From a virus (taxonomy: Duplodnaviria; Caudoviricetes): a stretch of 64,000 nt of DNA. Of this stretch, positions 52,711 to 63,527 are shown in pieces. Made by a program: the position numbers and the translations under genes. The DNA lies in IMG/VR virus record IMGVR_UViG_3300027924_001186, positions 1-64,000 of that record; one strand, 5' to 3'. Numbering within the stretch: the stretch's first letter is position 1; every line of letters begins with the position of its first letter. The notes beneath the pieces are model-generated. The model searched no databases. It was given only the letters and a program-made list of their open reading frames with translations, and was not told the origin of the DNA.

Positions 52711-53488
52711 ATGCGGACTACCAAAAATTCCCACGGTTGTATATGATTTGACGATTCCCGGAACCGGAGAAGTTGTCAAGTTTCGTCCGATGCTCGTAAA
52801 AGAGTACAAGGCTTTATTGCAGGCTCAAGAACTCGGTGATGATTCCGGGTTTATCAATACCATTAGAGGTATCATCGATGATTGCCTTCTGAATAAAGTG
52901 GATGTGGATGATTTACCGATGTATGCCGTCGATTATATCTTTCTCCGAATCAGAGCGAAAAGCGTCGGCGAAACAGTGAATGCCGAGTTCCGTTGCAACG
53001 CTTTGGTTGATAGACTGACCGATCACGATGAAAACGGCGTGGCGCACTCGGTGGAGAAAGTTCGATGCGACGGTAAATTTCCTGTCGCGATTAACTTAGA
53101 CGAGGCATTCGTTAAATTCCCGGAAGATTTTCATAAGAAGTGCATCATACAACTGACCGACGATATCGGCATCAGATTAAAGGCGCCGTCTTTTAAGAGA
53201 TTCCGCAGTGTCGGTTTAGAAGGAAAAGGTATACTCGATATCACCGATGAATACGTTTTCGCTTGCGTTGATTCGGTGTTCGAAGGCGATAAAGTTATCA
53301 CGCCCTCCGAGTTTACTCTGGATGAACTTAGAGAATTTATAGAATCATTCCCGGCGGATAAGATCGAGCAGATCACCGAATTCTTTCAAAATCAACCAAA
53401 AGTGACATTGATAATGAATTTGACCTGCCCTAAATGCGGCAGCACCTCTTTCATCGAACTCAATGGATTAAAAGATTTTTTCGACTGA
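52711..53488 (+). CDS. 26: gp26 baseplate hub subunit; +1 insertion at 52714 in codon 2
   Basis: M-GLPKIPTVVYDLTIP after removing the C; FRPMLVKEYK, YIFLRIRAKSVGE, CPKCG...GLKDFF (258 aa). Confidence 0.85.
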
Positions 53489-53661
53489 TGTTCGCAACCG
53501 GTGAGCTTGCGGACATCTATAAGACAGATTTTTTGCTCGCCAAAGATCATAACTTGACTTTATCAGAAATTAACGATATGATCCCGTTCGAAAGGCAAAT
53601 CTATATCAGTATAGTCCTAGATTACCTTGAGAAGAAAAAGAAGGCACTGAAACAATTTTAA
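53488..53661 (+). CDS. 51: gp51-like baseplate hub assembly protein
   Basis: YKTDFLL...LSEINDMIPFERQIYI; TGATG overlap with gp26. Confidence 0.75.
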   Translation: MFATGELADIYKTDFLLAKDHNLTLSEINDMIPFERQIYISIVLDYLEKKKKALKQF

Positions 53662-53672
53662 GGGAAGAATAA

Positions 53673-56600
53673 ATGCCATTACCCATCTTACCAGCATCTA
53701 GTCCAAAAACCGGTGGGGGTTTCCAAGCCATCAAGGACCGCCTTACAGGTCAAGGTCAAAAACAATCGGCAGTCGATACGAATGATCCTGCGGCTATTGT
53801 ACAACCTTTCAATAGAATATCATCGGGAAATTCGACGGCCATATCTCGAAATGAAGATGCGAACGCAAAAGCCATCGCTATATCCCAGGGTTCTATGGTC
53901 AATCCTTTAATTCCTCTGGTTCAAAATGTAAATGAGACTCTAATTCGGAATCCATAAAACATTAGTAAGCATATTAGATGTTTTGAAAACTATGGGTGGT
54001 AATCTGCAAGCCAATATGGGTAACACCGGAATAGGATTCGGTAGGATTCGGCGATATTGCAGGGGCAGTTATCGGTGGCGCCGCGGGAGCCAAAGGCTTT
54101 TCGGTTCTTAAAGACAAGATATTCGGTCCTAAAGGTGGTACACCTCCTCCTGCCGCGGGTGCCGCTAAAAAACCGGGATTTTTTGAAAAAATCTTTGGAA
54201 AGAGTGGCGCATCTATAGCGGATGAAGCCCATGGAATTAGAGCACCCGGCTCTCCCGTCGGTGCTGCCGGTGCTGCAGAAGCCGGTGCTGCAGGTAAAGC
54301 TGGTGGGTGGTTTAGTAAGTTGGGCAAATTCTTCGGGACAGGTAGTAAGGTTCTTTCTAAAGCGGCTGCGCCTCTGACCATCGCTATGACTATGGCGGAG
54401 AATATGGATGAATTGAAAGAAACGGGAGCGGTCGATCCGTTAAGGCAGGCTATGAAAGCGGGAAGCGGGTTGGGTAAGGTTTTCAGTACCGATCAACCCT
54501 TCTTCTCTATGAGTCGATTAGAAGGAGCCGGAGAGGCGATATCGGGCGCCACGGGCGCTGTCTATGGGGTGGGTACTCAGATTGGTAAAGCGATCAACGA
54601 TGCCATTCCCGATGATGTTTCCGACCAAATCATAGATGGTATCGCAGGTCTCTTCGGTGGTGAAACGAATGCGGATAGAGCCAAGAAGGCGAAGGAACTC
54701 GAAGAGAAGCAATCCAAGGAATGGGAAGAGCGCAAGAAGATGCGCGAAGCCGAGAAAAAGAGGCTCGAGGAAGAACAGAAGAGAGCAGACGAGCAAAAGA
54801 AGGCTGATGAGGAGAAAAAGAAATCCGAAGATAAGATAGCCGCGGAAGAGGAAAAGAAGAGAAAGGAAGAATGGGATATCCTGAAAGAAGGTCAGATGAC
54901 CGCCTCATCGGCGAATACCGCGGGTGCAATCAGCGATACGACAGGAGTCAATGTTGCTAATACTGCTGATGTGGGTGGATTAAAACCGATCAGCTCTCCA
55001 TTGCCTAGAGTAGGTATGGATGATCCTAATGATCCTAGACCCGAACAAAAGAATTTCTCCAATGTTCAAGATTTCATTAAAGAACAAAATGCTTGGGAGA
55101 CTCGCCACCCATTCATCAAACCCGAAGCGACACCTTCTCCTGATATAAATGCTGTTAAAACTAATGTTAAACCTTCTCTAACACCAACTCCGGTAACCGC
55201 CGGAACCTCGCCTAACATAATAGAAGCGACCACGAAGGCAGAAACATCGGTGATGATTAACCAGCCGAAAGATAAGCCGGTTCCCGTGGTTATGACCGAT
55301 GAGAAGGGGGTGCCATTAGTCAACTCTGTCGACAGAAAAGAGCAAGCCAATCGCCTCGGTGGTTCTACAGCAGCACCTGGAGCGGCAGCACCTGGAGCGG
55401 CAGCACCAACGCCTGGAGCGGCACCAGCAACCGAAGGTGCTACCAGAGTACCGGTAGAACCCGGAAAAATGGATTACACTCGATCGACATCGACAAGAAC
55501 CTTATCGGGGGATCTTGAAGGGTTAGGTTTAACTCCTGAAAGAATGTCGGCGTTGGCTAAAGAGATGGGGTTCGATATCAGTCCGGAAGAAGCTAAAAAT
55601 GCTCCGGATAAAGTCTTGGCAAAACTCGGTGGTAGTATATCATCTCTGATGCATCAAAGCGAGGCTAAAGGAACTCCGGGTGGTGTACCTCGAACAGCCT
55701 ATAATCCGGATCGAAGAAGCCCGGTTGGAAGATCCGGTTCAGAAACAAAGAGAACTAACACGCAATTCGGCGGTCAGCCTTCGGCGATAGAACAAGCACA
55801 AACTCAGGCGGCAGTTCAAGATGTGGTGGCGCAAGCGATGACTCCCGCGTCACCTCCCGCGGTAACTCCATCGGCACCCGGCGCAACGACACCATCTCTA
55901 GGACAAGTGGCGCAAGGCACCGCCGCCGGAGTCAGCGGGATGCTTGCAACTCAAGGAGTACCCGGAGCAGCACCGATAGCACCTTCTGCTGCACCGACTA
56001 CGCCATTGGGAGATAGAGCCGTTGCGATGAAAACAACCGGTGCCGCTGTCGATCTGAGTGGATTTAGAAAATTCAATAAAGAGGAAAAAGAGAGCTTCAG
56101 TAATCTTAATACCGAGTTCGCGGGTAGAGTTTCCGATTTAGCGAAGAGGTATAAAGAAGCGACAGGCAACGAATTGGGTCTCGGAGAATCGGGAGGTGGT
56201 AGCAAGGATAGCCTATACCGTTCGGTAGAAACTCAACAGAAATTAAAAGAGCAGTATGGGGCTAATGCAGCCACCGCGGGGTATAGCGCTCACGGATTAG
56301 GGTTAGCTGCCGATTTAGACCAAAAAGCCATGGAGTGGGCCGCCAACACCAAAGATCCGACGACGGGTAAGAGTATCTTAGAAAGCGTCGGATTAGCCAG
56401 AGTGGCACCTAATAAGAAGACGGGTGGTGTTGAGAAATGGCACGTCACTCCTCAAGAATTGGGAGCCGAAATGGGCAAGAACCAAAAACTTCTTGCCATT
56501 CAAAATCAATTTGCGGGGAAAGGAAACGGAAAACTCACCGGCGATGAGGTATTACAACAAGCCGGGGTTCAACTCAATACCATCAGTTCTGCAGGAAAGG

Positions 56601-58625
56601 CTTTGGCGGCTCAAGGACAAGCCGGTGCAGCACCGACACCGTCTCTAGGACAAGTGGCTCAAGGAGTAGCAGTAGGTGTTCCTGCAATGCTTGCATCTCA
56701 GGGAGTACCTGGAGCAGCAGCGGTTTCTGGTGCAATTTCTAATGTCCAACAGGGAGGTAAAACATTCGCCGGTAATGTCGAATCGGCAATCAAATCGGCT
56801 GCCGATGCGACAGGAGTTCCGCTCTCATACATGCGTACTATGGCTCAAATTGAATCATCGGGAGATCCGACCGCGCATAGAACAAATTCGAAATATACCG
56901 GTCTCTATCAGTTTGATGAAGCAACGGCAGCCAGTGTAGGAGTAAAGGATAGAAACGATGCCGGGCAAGCCGCTCTGGGTGCTGCAAAACTAGCACAAAA
57001 GAACATCAAGTCATTGAAGGGTTATGGTATCGATGTCGATATCAATAAGAATCCGGAACTAGCATATCTGGCTCACCAGCAAGGTGCTAAAGGGGCAGCC
57101 GATATAATCAAGGCAGCCCAAACAGGCGGGCCCGTAAGCGATCGACTCCGCAAGACGATGGATGCTAATGGCGGTAAAGGTATGAATGCTGCTCAATTTT
57201 TAGAGCATTGGAAAAAGACCTACGATAAGAAAGCAGGACAAGTCGGACACAAACCAGGAGAGGCTGACACCGCAGCACCAACAACGCAAACACCTACGGC
57301 TCCTTCGGTAACTGCTGCACCGACTACACCTACGGCTCCTGCTGTAGCAACTGCTGCACCTGCACCGACAAGAGTCCCTGTCGCATCGGGACAGATGGAT
57401 CGCAGACGATCGACATCGATAAGAAATATCGATTCGTCTCTAGCCGATTTAGGTTTAACTCCTGAAATGGTCGCCTCCGCATCGCAAGCCATGGGTTTGG
57501 GTAATAGGAGTGCCGATGAGTTATTGACAATAGGTGGGCAGCAAGTATCTGCTCTTCTTCATCAAAGCGAGGCTAAAGGAACTCCGGGTGGTGTACCTCG
57601 AACAGCCTATAATCCGGATCGAAGAGCACCGGTGGGTAGAAGCGGAAGAGAGACGATTAGGACTAACACGCAATTCGGCGGTCAGTCTACGGTGAACGAA
57701 CAATCGCAAATCGTTCCTAATCCTATCACTCAGAACACGGTCAGTGGTATGACTCCACCACCGGCTGATATATCTACTCAAGCGCCACCGGATATCGCTG
57801 CACTAGGACCCAGAGCCGCCCAAAATTACAATCTACTGAATATGCCGAATGTTCAGGCATCATTAGATGCTCTAAAATCAGGTGGGGCTAATATCTTATC
57901 GAGTGCGGGAGGGTTCGCTAGAAACTTCAACGAAGCCACAGGTAACGCATTAAGAGGAACAGGAATACCTAAAGCCATAGGCTCTGCTTTAAATAGTGGA
58001 ATGTCGGCTGTAGACTCTATCAGACAAAGTGGCGGACTAGGTTCTATGATGAGCGGAGATATTTCAGGATTGGTGGATCGCGTAGCACCCGAGTTATCTT
58101 CGGCAATAAGTGGTGTTCAAGGAGTGTTCAATCAATCGTTATCCGGTGCGGGAGGGTTCGCTAGAAACTTCAACGAAGCCGCGGGTAACGCATTAAGAGG
58201 AACAGGAATACCTAAAGCCATAGGCTCCGCACTCAATTCCTCCGGTGGTATCGGTAATGCTGTCGGCGGTGCTCTTTCTTCCGTCGGCGGTGCTCTAGGG
58301 TCGATGGGAAGCGCCGCCGGAGATGCCCTATCATCTCTGACGAGCGGATTGCCATCGTTATCTTCTATGGGCACCGGAATGATGAGCGGCGCATTAGAAA
58401 GTGCCGGTTTGAATGACAAGGTTAACGAAATGAGAGCGTCCGCCGATACTCAAAATGCAGTTAGCGCACAAAACAGCGGGAAAAGATCCGGAGAGACGAG
58501 AGTCAATCCGGAAAGAGGATCTTCTATCATGGAAGGTCAGTCGACAGGACCTATCGAAGTTAGAAATCCTGAATCGAGTATCAGGCGATTAACCGACATG
58601 TTGATAGCCTACACTTTCCGGTTAA
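53673..58625 (+). CDS. Large baseplate hub/tape-measure-like protein (~1650 aa) with M15 peptidase and lytic transglycosylase domains; +1 insertions at 53946, ~54049, ~58619
   Basis: Follows gp26/gp51; YRS...SAHGLGLAADL...EKWH (M15); AQIESSG...GLYQF (SLT); correction joins the 53673 ORF to the 54320 ORF and gives a YTFG-stop end. Confidence 0.7.
55442..57684 (+). repeat. Internal duplication of ~110 codons with a 66-bp identical core (55652-55717, 57560-57625)
   Basis: TRVPV...HQSEAKGTPGGVPRTAYNPDRR...TNTQFGGQ twice. Confidence 0.8.
57903..58228 (+). repeat. ~83-bp near-identical direct repeat (57903-57985, 58146-58228)
   Basis: AGGFARNFNEA(T/A)GNALRGTGIPKAIGSALNS twice. Confidence 0.8.
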
Positions 58626-58770
58626 AAATCAATGACTTATGTAATTATGTTTTCTAAAGGTCGTCACCCAAGTATCAGTATTTGAGTAAAACTCTTCTTT
58701 GGGTATTCGTTTAATCTCTTGAGTAGTGATATTAAATGCTGATACAGTCCCGAGTAAATGATGAGAACCA

Positions 58771-59448
58771 TTAGAAACTCTTGTTCTTACTTCCGGAGGA
58801 TATCGCATCGAAGATAGATGCGATACTTCCGATCAGCGGATTATCTTCTACCGTTTCGACTCGAGCGAGTTTGATCAGATCGGCTTTTTCATTCTTCGCT
58901 CTTTTCAAAGTTGACCCTCTAACTGCTGGGCTGGATGACTTAAAGAGAGCCGCGTTATTGGCTATCTTGTAATCCTGTATCGCGGAAACGATATCCGCAT
59001 CGCTCATCTTATCGACATTCTTACCCGATAGCGATTTAGCGATTAGCGATGTTCCACCACCGAACTGAACACTCGTGGACCAGATTGCATCTCGAACAGC
59101 CGGTCCTCTCTTAGAAAGATCGATGCCTTTCTGCTTCAGAAAATCGATTTGAGGTTGATAATATCGATTTAGAATATATTTGTGTTGATCTTCTCCAAAT
59201 TTATCATCACTGGCAAGTTGCTTCCATTTTAAATCAAATTCTCTTGTTCCAACTTTCAACCCCCCAAACTCTTTTTCATAGCCGAATTGGTTTATAAATT
59301 CATCAACAACCCCCATTTTACTGCTAAATTGATATGTACCATAAGATTTCCCACCATAATCTCCTTTTCCACTGCTAATAGTTCCTGGTCCACTATTTCC
59401 AGATTCGTATTTGCGAGAAGTATCACCTATCTGCCATTTAGTTTTCAT
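58771..59448 (-). CDS. Peptidoglycan hydrolase resembling the VgrG3 C-terminal muramidase domain
   Basis: KYESG...GTISSGKGDYGGKSYGTYQ...DQH...WSTSVQFG...IQDYK...RA..EK. Confidence 0.72.
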   Translation of the reverse strand: MKTKWQIGDTSRKYESGNSGPGTISSGKGDYGGKSYGTYQFSSKMGVVDEFINQFGYEKEFGGLKVGTREFDLKWKQLASDDKFGEDQHKYILNRYYQPQIDFLKQKGIDLSKRGPAVRDAIWSTSVQFGGGTSLIAKSLSGKNVDKMSDADIVSAIQDYKIANNAALFKSSSPAVRGSTLKRAKNEKADLIKLARVETVEDNPLIGSIASIFDAISSGSKNKSF

Positions 59449-60112
59449 TGTATATACTCCTTTTTAAAGTTTCTGATATTTTTCTTTTTGTTTCTTCTGA
59501 ATGAGTTTTACCGTTTTAATGATTCGCTTATTTTTCGTTTGTGTTCTTCCGAATGCGGTTTTCTTCTTTTTTCTTTATTCACCTCAGACATCGACCTTCC
59601 TTTTAACGAAGCACCAATTTTAGATTTTGTTTCTTCTGAATGAGTATACCCCTTTTTTATAGAACTTAATTTATTTTTGGTATCTTGTGTATGGGGGTTT
59701 CCAGGTTTTCCTTTTTTAGAAGCAGACATTTCTGTTTTCCATTTTTCGGTATGCGGTCTCTTCTTTCCTTTATTAGATTCACTTATCTTATTGCATACCT
59801 CTTCAGTCATTTTTATATATCTTCCAGCATTACCATTAAGTCCTTTTGGAAACAGAGAAGTTTTTGCTAATTCTGTCTCTCGTAATAGACATTCTTCTTT
59901 GGAATAGATGCCGAGAAGTTCTATTTGAAAATCTTCTTTCATCGCACCGTCTTCAATCAACCTCTTAATATAAACTCCACCGTTTACCATTCATATGCTC
60001 TTCGAAACGATCAAGGTATGTTTTACCCTCTTTCCAACAAGATCCGATAATAGATTAAACCGGTGGGTCTATGCGTTATCTTATAGAGTTGAGCATAAAT
60101 ACCATTAGTCAT
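59438..60112 (-). CDS. GIY-YIG homing endonuclease with NUMOD3; three +1 insertions
   Basis: MTNGIYAQLYKITHRPTGLIYY-G-S...RFEEH; extras at 60046, 59982, 59513; corrected 223 aa. Confidence 0.78.
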
Positions 60113-60181
60113 TTTAACCTCCTTAACAGGTTTAGTGATTAGAAGCCCATTTCTACTACCATAGAAATGGGCTTCGCTATT
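60094..60181. promoter_or_regulatory. Variant endonuclease leader cassette
   Basis: CATAAATA (+) 60094; GTGATTA then 14-bp stem GAAGCCCATTTCTA/TAGAAATGGGCTTC; AAGGAGG RBS (-). Confidence 0.6.
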
Positions 60182-60183
60182 GA

Positions 60184-60471
60184 TTACTTATCACCCCAGC
60201 CACTAGATGGCTCTACGGTCTCTTTTTGAGGTGCGGGTTTCTTGATTATAGGCGCCGAATCATCCTGCGAGTCTTCTTGAACAACGGGTTTCTTTTTATC
60301 GGGCAAAAAGGCACCTACCGCTCCGGCTAATGCTATGGCAACCGGGATAATCGCTTCAGCTTGATCGGGATGCTGTTGAGCCCAGCCACCGGCAACCAAC
60401 ATGATAATGCCGCGCCAGGTTGATGCTTCCTTCAATCTCGATAGTATATAGTTTATAATCAATTGTTTCAT
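60184..60471 (-). CDS. Holin-like small membrane protein
   Basis: RLKEASTWRG...AIIPVAIALAGAVGAFLPD, two hydrophobic segments, charged tail. Confidence 0.55.
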   Translation of the reverse strand: MKQLIINYILSRLKEASTWRGIIMLVAGGWAQQHPDQAEAIIPVAIALAGAVGAFLPDKKKPVVQEDSQDDSAPIIKKPAPQKETVEPSSGWGDK

Positions 60472-60492
60472 TTCAATCCCCTTTATGGTCTT

Positions 60493-60885
60493 CTAATTAT
60501 TTGGAGAAATCGTGTATCGATGTTTGATGTCTTTCAAAATGTCGAGCATTTGCTTATGATGGGGGGTGGGGTCAGATGGGTTTAACGAATTTAAGAATAA
60601 CAAACACGATTTAATCACCCCGAATTCATCATCGCAGCATATCACTTTCCAAATCAGATTAGATGCCTCAATTCCAAATACATTCAGACAAATTATGATA
60701 TTATTAAGAAGAAGCTTATCACTCACAATTCCGGACGAAAGAAATCTTCTAGCCATTTTTCTTATAATGTAAAAGCGAAAAAAGTCTCGTCGGAACTCAT
60801 CTTCATTAAACATGGTTTTATTGGGATAGGCGTCGAGAGCTATCTTGATAACATATTCTCGATTGGTGAGTATCTTAGTCATCAT
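60493..60885 (-). CDS. Conserved T4-like hypothetical protein
   Basis: EFRRDF...LLNNIIICLNVFG pattern. Confidence 0.65.
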   Translation of the reverse strand: MMTKILTNREYVIKIALDAYPNKTMFNEDEFRRDFFRFYIIRKMARRFLSSGIVSDKLLLNNIIICLNVFGIEASNLIWKVICCDDEFGVIKSCLLFLNSLNPSDPTPHHKQMLDILKDIKHRYTISPNN

Positions 60886-61238
60886 GCGCCGTTTTGATTC
60901 TTTTTGGGACGCCCTCTTACTCTCTTTTCAGGAACCACTTCAGTTTCCTTGATCTCTTCGGAAACCGGCTCCACTGTGGCTACAGATCCTTCGAAGCTTG
61001 GTTCTGTGGAGATTTCGATTACTGCAGGGCTTTCTGCCGTGGTAATCTCGACGAAGGTGCTATCAACCGTGCAGTCTTCGTTAGTTTCGATTTCGAGAAC
61101 GACAGAAGGTTGCGCTGCTTCGATTCTAGATTTGAGACCTCTTAGAGAAATCAAGACTTCTCTGGTTTTAGGGTGGACCCAACCTTGTTCGGTTGCGACC
61201 GCATAAGGTGCCCATTTTGGGGGTGACAGATTTTTCAT
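60882..61238 (-). CDS. Hypothetical late protein
   Basis: TATAAATA (-) 61270-61277, GAGGT RBS; RGRPKK AT-hook-like tail. Confidence 0.6.
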   Translation of the reverse strand: MKNLSPPKWAPYAVATEQGWVHPKTREVLISLRGLKSRIEAAQPSVVLEIETNEDCTVDSTFVEITTAESPAVIEISTEPSFEGSVATVEPVSEEIKETEVVPEKRVRGRPKKNQNGA

Positions 61239-61269
61239 ACTTCTTACCTCTTTTACATGGATATATTCT

Positions 61270-61314
61270 TATTTATAACCAGGACTTGACAAGGATGGTT
61301 TTGTGTGCTATACT
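61270..61314. promoter_or_regulatory. Divergent late promoter (-) and sigma70 promoter (+)
   Basis: TATTTATA 61270; TTGACA 61286-N17-TATACT 61309. Confidence 0.72.
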
Positions 61315-61336
61315 ATAAAAAACTGAGGCAAACATC

Positions 61337-62365
61337 ATGCTATGGGTAGACATCAAGTACGCGAATATTCTGGGAAGCAATCTTACTAAGTTCAAGGTTA
61401 AAAGTCAAACCCCCTATATTGCCAACTATAGATGCCCTCTTTGCGACGATATCGAAGAGAAGAAGCGAGCCCGAGGCTATCTACTAGAGAAGGATGGCAA
61501 GATAAACAGCTATTGTCATAACTGCGGGGCTTCGATGTCGTTAGGGAACTTCATCGGAACGATAGACCAGCATCTTTACCAAGAATATCGACTAGAGATG
61601 TTGAGAGAAAGGTGGGATAAACCTAAAGAGGAAAAGGAGATAAAGTTCTCTCAACCGGTGTTCAAGCGAACTATCAAACTAGGTCAGCCACTTTCTGATT
61701 CAATAAATAACCGTGCTTATGATTATGCGGTAAAAAGGCGAATACCACAGAAGTTTTATAATAGTCTCTTTTACCTGGAAGACCTAAACGCTTTAACGAG
61801 ACAAATAGAAAAATATAAGGACACGGCATTCAGTAAGGATCCTGTTCTCGTTATTCCATTTTATACAGCGGAAAGAGAATTCAGCTATATGAATTGCCGT
61901 TCTATCTCCCCAAAGGCATCTTTCAGATACTATGTTTTAGAAGTCGGTAATACCCATCCAAAAATTTGGGGATTAGAGTTCGTCGATTGGACTCAGCCCG
62001 TTTTCGTCTTCGAAGGTCCGATTGATGCCATGTGTGTCCCCAATTCTATTGCCATGGCAGGAGTAAGTGGAAACGAGTCGATCAAGTATATCACATCTAA
62101 GAAGAAAAAGGATGTCTGCTTTGTTTACGATAGCGATTGCATTTATAACCAAGAGGTTCGCAAGCAGGTTGAGAAGAGAATCAAAGAAGGTTTTAGTGCT
62201 GTTATCTATGACAAAAATTTTCCCGGAAAAGACATAAACCAAGTAATTTGTGATAATCTTATGTCACCTAACGAAGTTCTAGAGTATCTTCGAAACCGTT
62301 CGTTCAATGGGCTTCGTGCGTCTATCGAACTATCTCACCAAACCAAAGCCAGCAAAACCTTTTAG
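61337..62365 (+). CDS. 61: gp61 DNA primase
   Basis: NYRCPLCDD...YCHNCG zinc finger, VFEGPIDAM Toprim, DSD, KDINQ. Confidence 0.92.
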   Translation: MLWVDIKYANILGSNLTKFKVKSQTPYIANYRCPLCDDIEEKKRARGYLLEKDGKINSYCHNCGASMSLGNFIGTIDQHLYQEYRLEMLRERWDKPKEEKEIKFSQPVFKRTIKLGQPLSDSINNRAYDYAVKRRIPQKFYNSLFYLEDLNALTRQIEKYKDTAFSKDPVLVIPFYTAEREFSYMNCRSISPKASFRYYVLEVGNTHPKIWGLEFVDWTQPVFVFEGPIDAMCVPNSIAMAGVSGNESIKYITSKKKKDVCFVYDSDCIYNQEVRKQVEKRIKEGFSAVIYDKNFPGKDINQVICDNLMSPNEVLEYLRNRSFNGLRASIELSHQTKASKTF

Positions 62366-62376
62366 AGGAATTTATA

Positions 62377-62832
62377 ATGAATGATAAAGTTAATGTGTCT
62401 TCTCCCTATGAAGTAAAGGAAATCATTTTCCAGCGTCGATATCCTGGGTACATCTATCGTCGTGAAATCATCGACGACAGCGATTTAGGTGGAAAAGGTA
62501 ATATGATGATGGTCAACTGCTATTCATCCGACACCGGACATTGGATAGGTGACGCCCGAATGGCAAGATTCCTTTGTAAGGAATGCGGCTTGCGACAGTT
62601 ACAGAAAGCACAGCCATACCATTGCGTTTGTTCTATCGGATTCAATGAAGAAGATCAGAAATGGTACGGATGGAGCCATAGAGCACTCTTCGGTTTCGGA
62701 ATCGGGGATATGATTTTCGAAGAAGAATACGGAGATGAAGACACGGATTTCTCTAATCATGGATCAGTCCCAATCCGCAATCTCGATGAAGCAAAGATTG
62801 CGGCTATTAATTTTGCTGCTTCAGTTTCGTAA
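62377..62832 (+). CDS. Hypothetical protein
   Basis: GAGGA RBS; SIGFNEEDQKWYGWSHRA motif. Confidence 0.65.
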   Translation: MNDKVNVSSPYEVKEIIFQRRYPGYIYRREIIDDSDLGGKGNMMMVNCYSSDTGHWIGDARMARFLCKECGLRQLQKAQPYHCVCSIGFNEEDQKWYGWSHRALFGFGIGDMIFEEEYGDEDTDFSNHGSVPIRNLDEAKIAAINFAASVS

Positions 62833-62854
62833 ACACAACCTCTAGAGGAAACCA

Positions 62855-63034
62855 ATGAAAGATTACGATGATGAGTATCCGCGCCGTTCTAAGCCTGTTG
62901 AAAAGGGAAGAAAGACGCAGAAGTTAAAGAACTTGTTTAAGAAAATAGATCCTAACTCCATCCCTCAGATCGAAGAAGATGAAGAGTTTGAAGAGTTGGA
63001 TCACTTCACCAAGATTGCCCATGTGAGAAGATAA
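62855..63034 (+). CDS. 59-aa hypothetical protein
   Basis: GAGGA RBS; read by eye. Confidence 0.55.
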   Translation: MKDYDDEYPRRSKPVEKGRKTQKLKNLFKKIDPNSIPQIEEDEEFEELDHFTKIAHVRR

Positions 63035-63035
63035 C

Positions 63036-63527
63036 ATGCTAAATAAGGTTAGGCAAAGTTGGTATGATATGTCATATCGTTGTAGAGATCCAAACAGATC
63101 GGACTATGATAGATATGGTGGTCGTGGTATAAAAATTTGTGATCGATGGGCAGACTTAAACAAAGTAAAAAGCGGGATTAGATATTACATTTCTCAAGGT
63201 CTCTTAAACTTTTTAGAAGATATGGAATCTACTTGGTTTCCTGGAGCAACTATAGATCGAATCGATAACGATGGTGATTACACCCCGGAAAACTGTCAGT
63301 GGATAACAAAGAGAGACAATTCAAAAAAAGCACATACAGGAGCCATTCGTTCGAAAGATTCTCGTGCCAAGATGTCTAAATCACACTTAGGTCAGCAATT
63401 AGGTTCAATGTGGATTACAAATGGAATTGTAGAACAAAAAATTCAAAAGGGTGTACCTATTACAGAAGGATGGAGAAAAGGAAGAAAATTTTTCAAACGA
63501 ACATCTAAAAAAGGTGAATTATCATGA
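63036..63527 (+). CDS. HNH homing endonuclease
   Basis: RYGGRGIKICDRW...TIDRIDNDGDYTPENCQW. Confidence 0.85.
   Translation: MLNKVRQSWYDMSYRCRDPNRSDYDRYGGRGIKICDRWADLNKVKSGIRYYISQGLLNFLEDMESTWFPGATIDRIDNDGDYTPENCQWITKRDNSKKAHTGAIRSKDSRAKMSKSHLGQQLGSMWITNGIVEQKIQKGVPITEGWRKGRKFFKRTSKKGELS

Noticed and set aside
55442-58228. Diversity-generating retroelement TR/VR pair
   Set aside because: Repeat cores are identical or vary without adenine-specific bias, both copies are in frame in one protein, and no reverse transcriptase is present.
54320-58657. Track ORF of 1445 aa as the true gene limits
   Set aside because: TTG start without RBS; the frame extends to ATG 53673 after two +C corrections, and the RLKINDLCNYVF tail arises from a third insertion.
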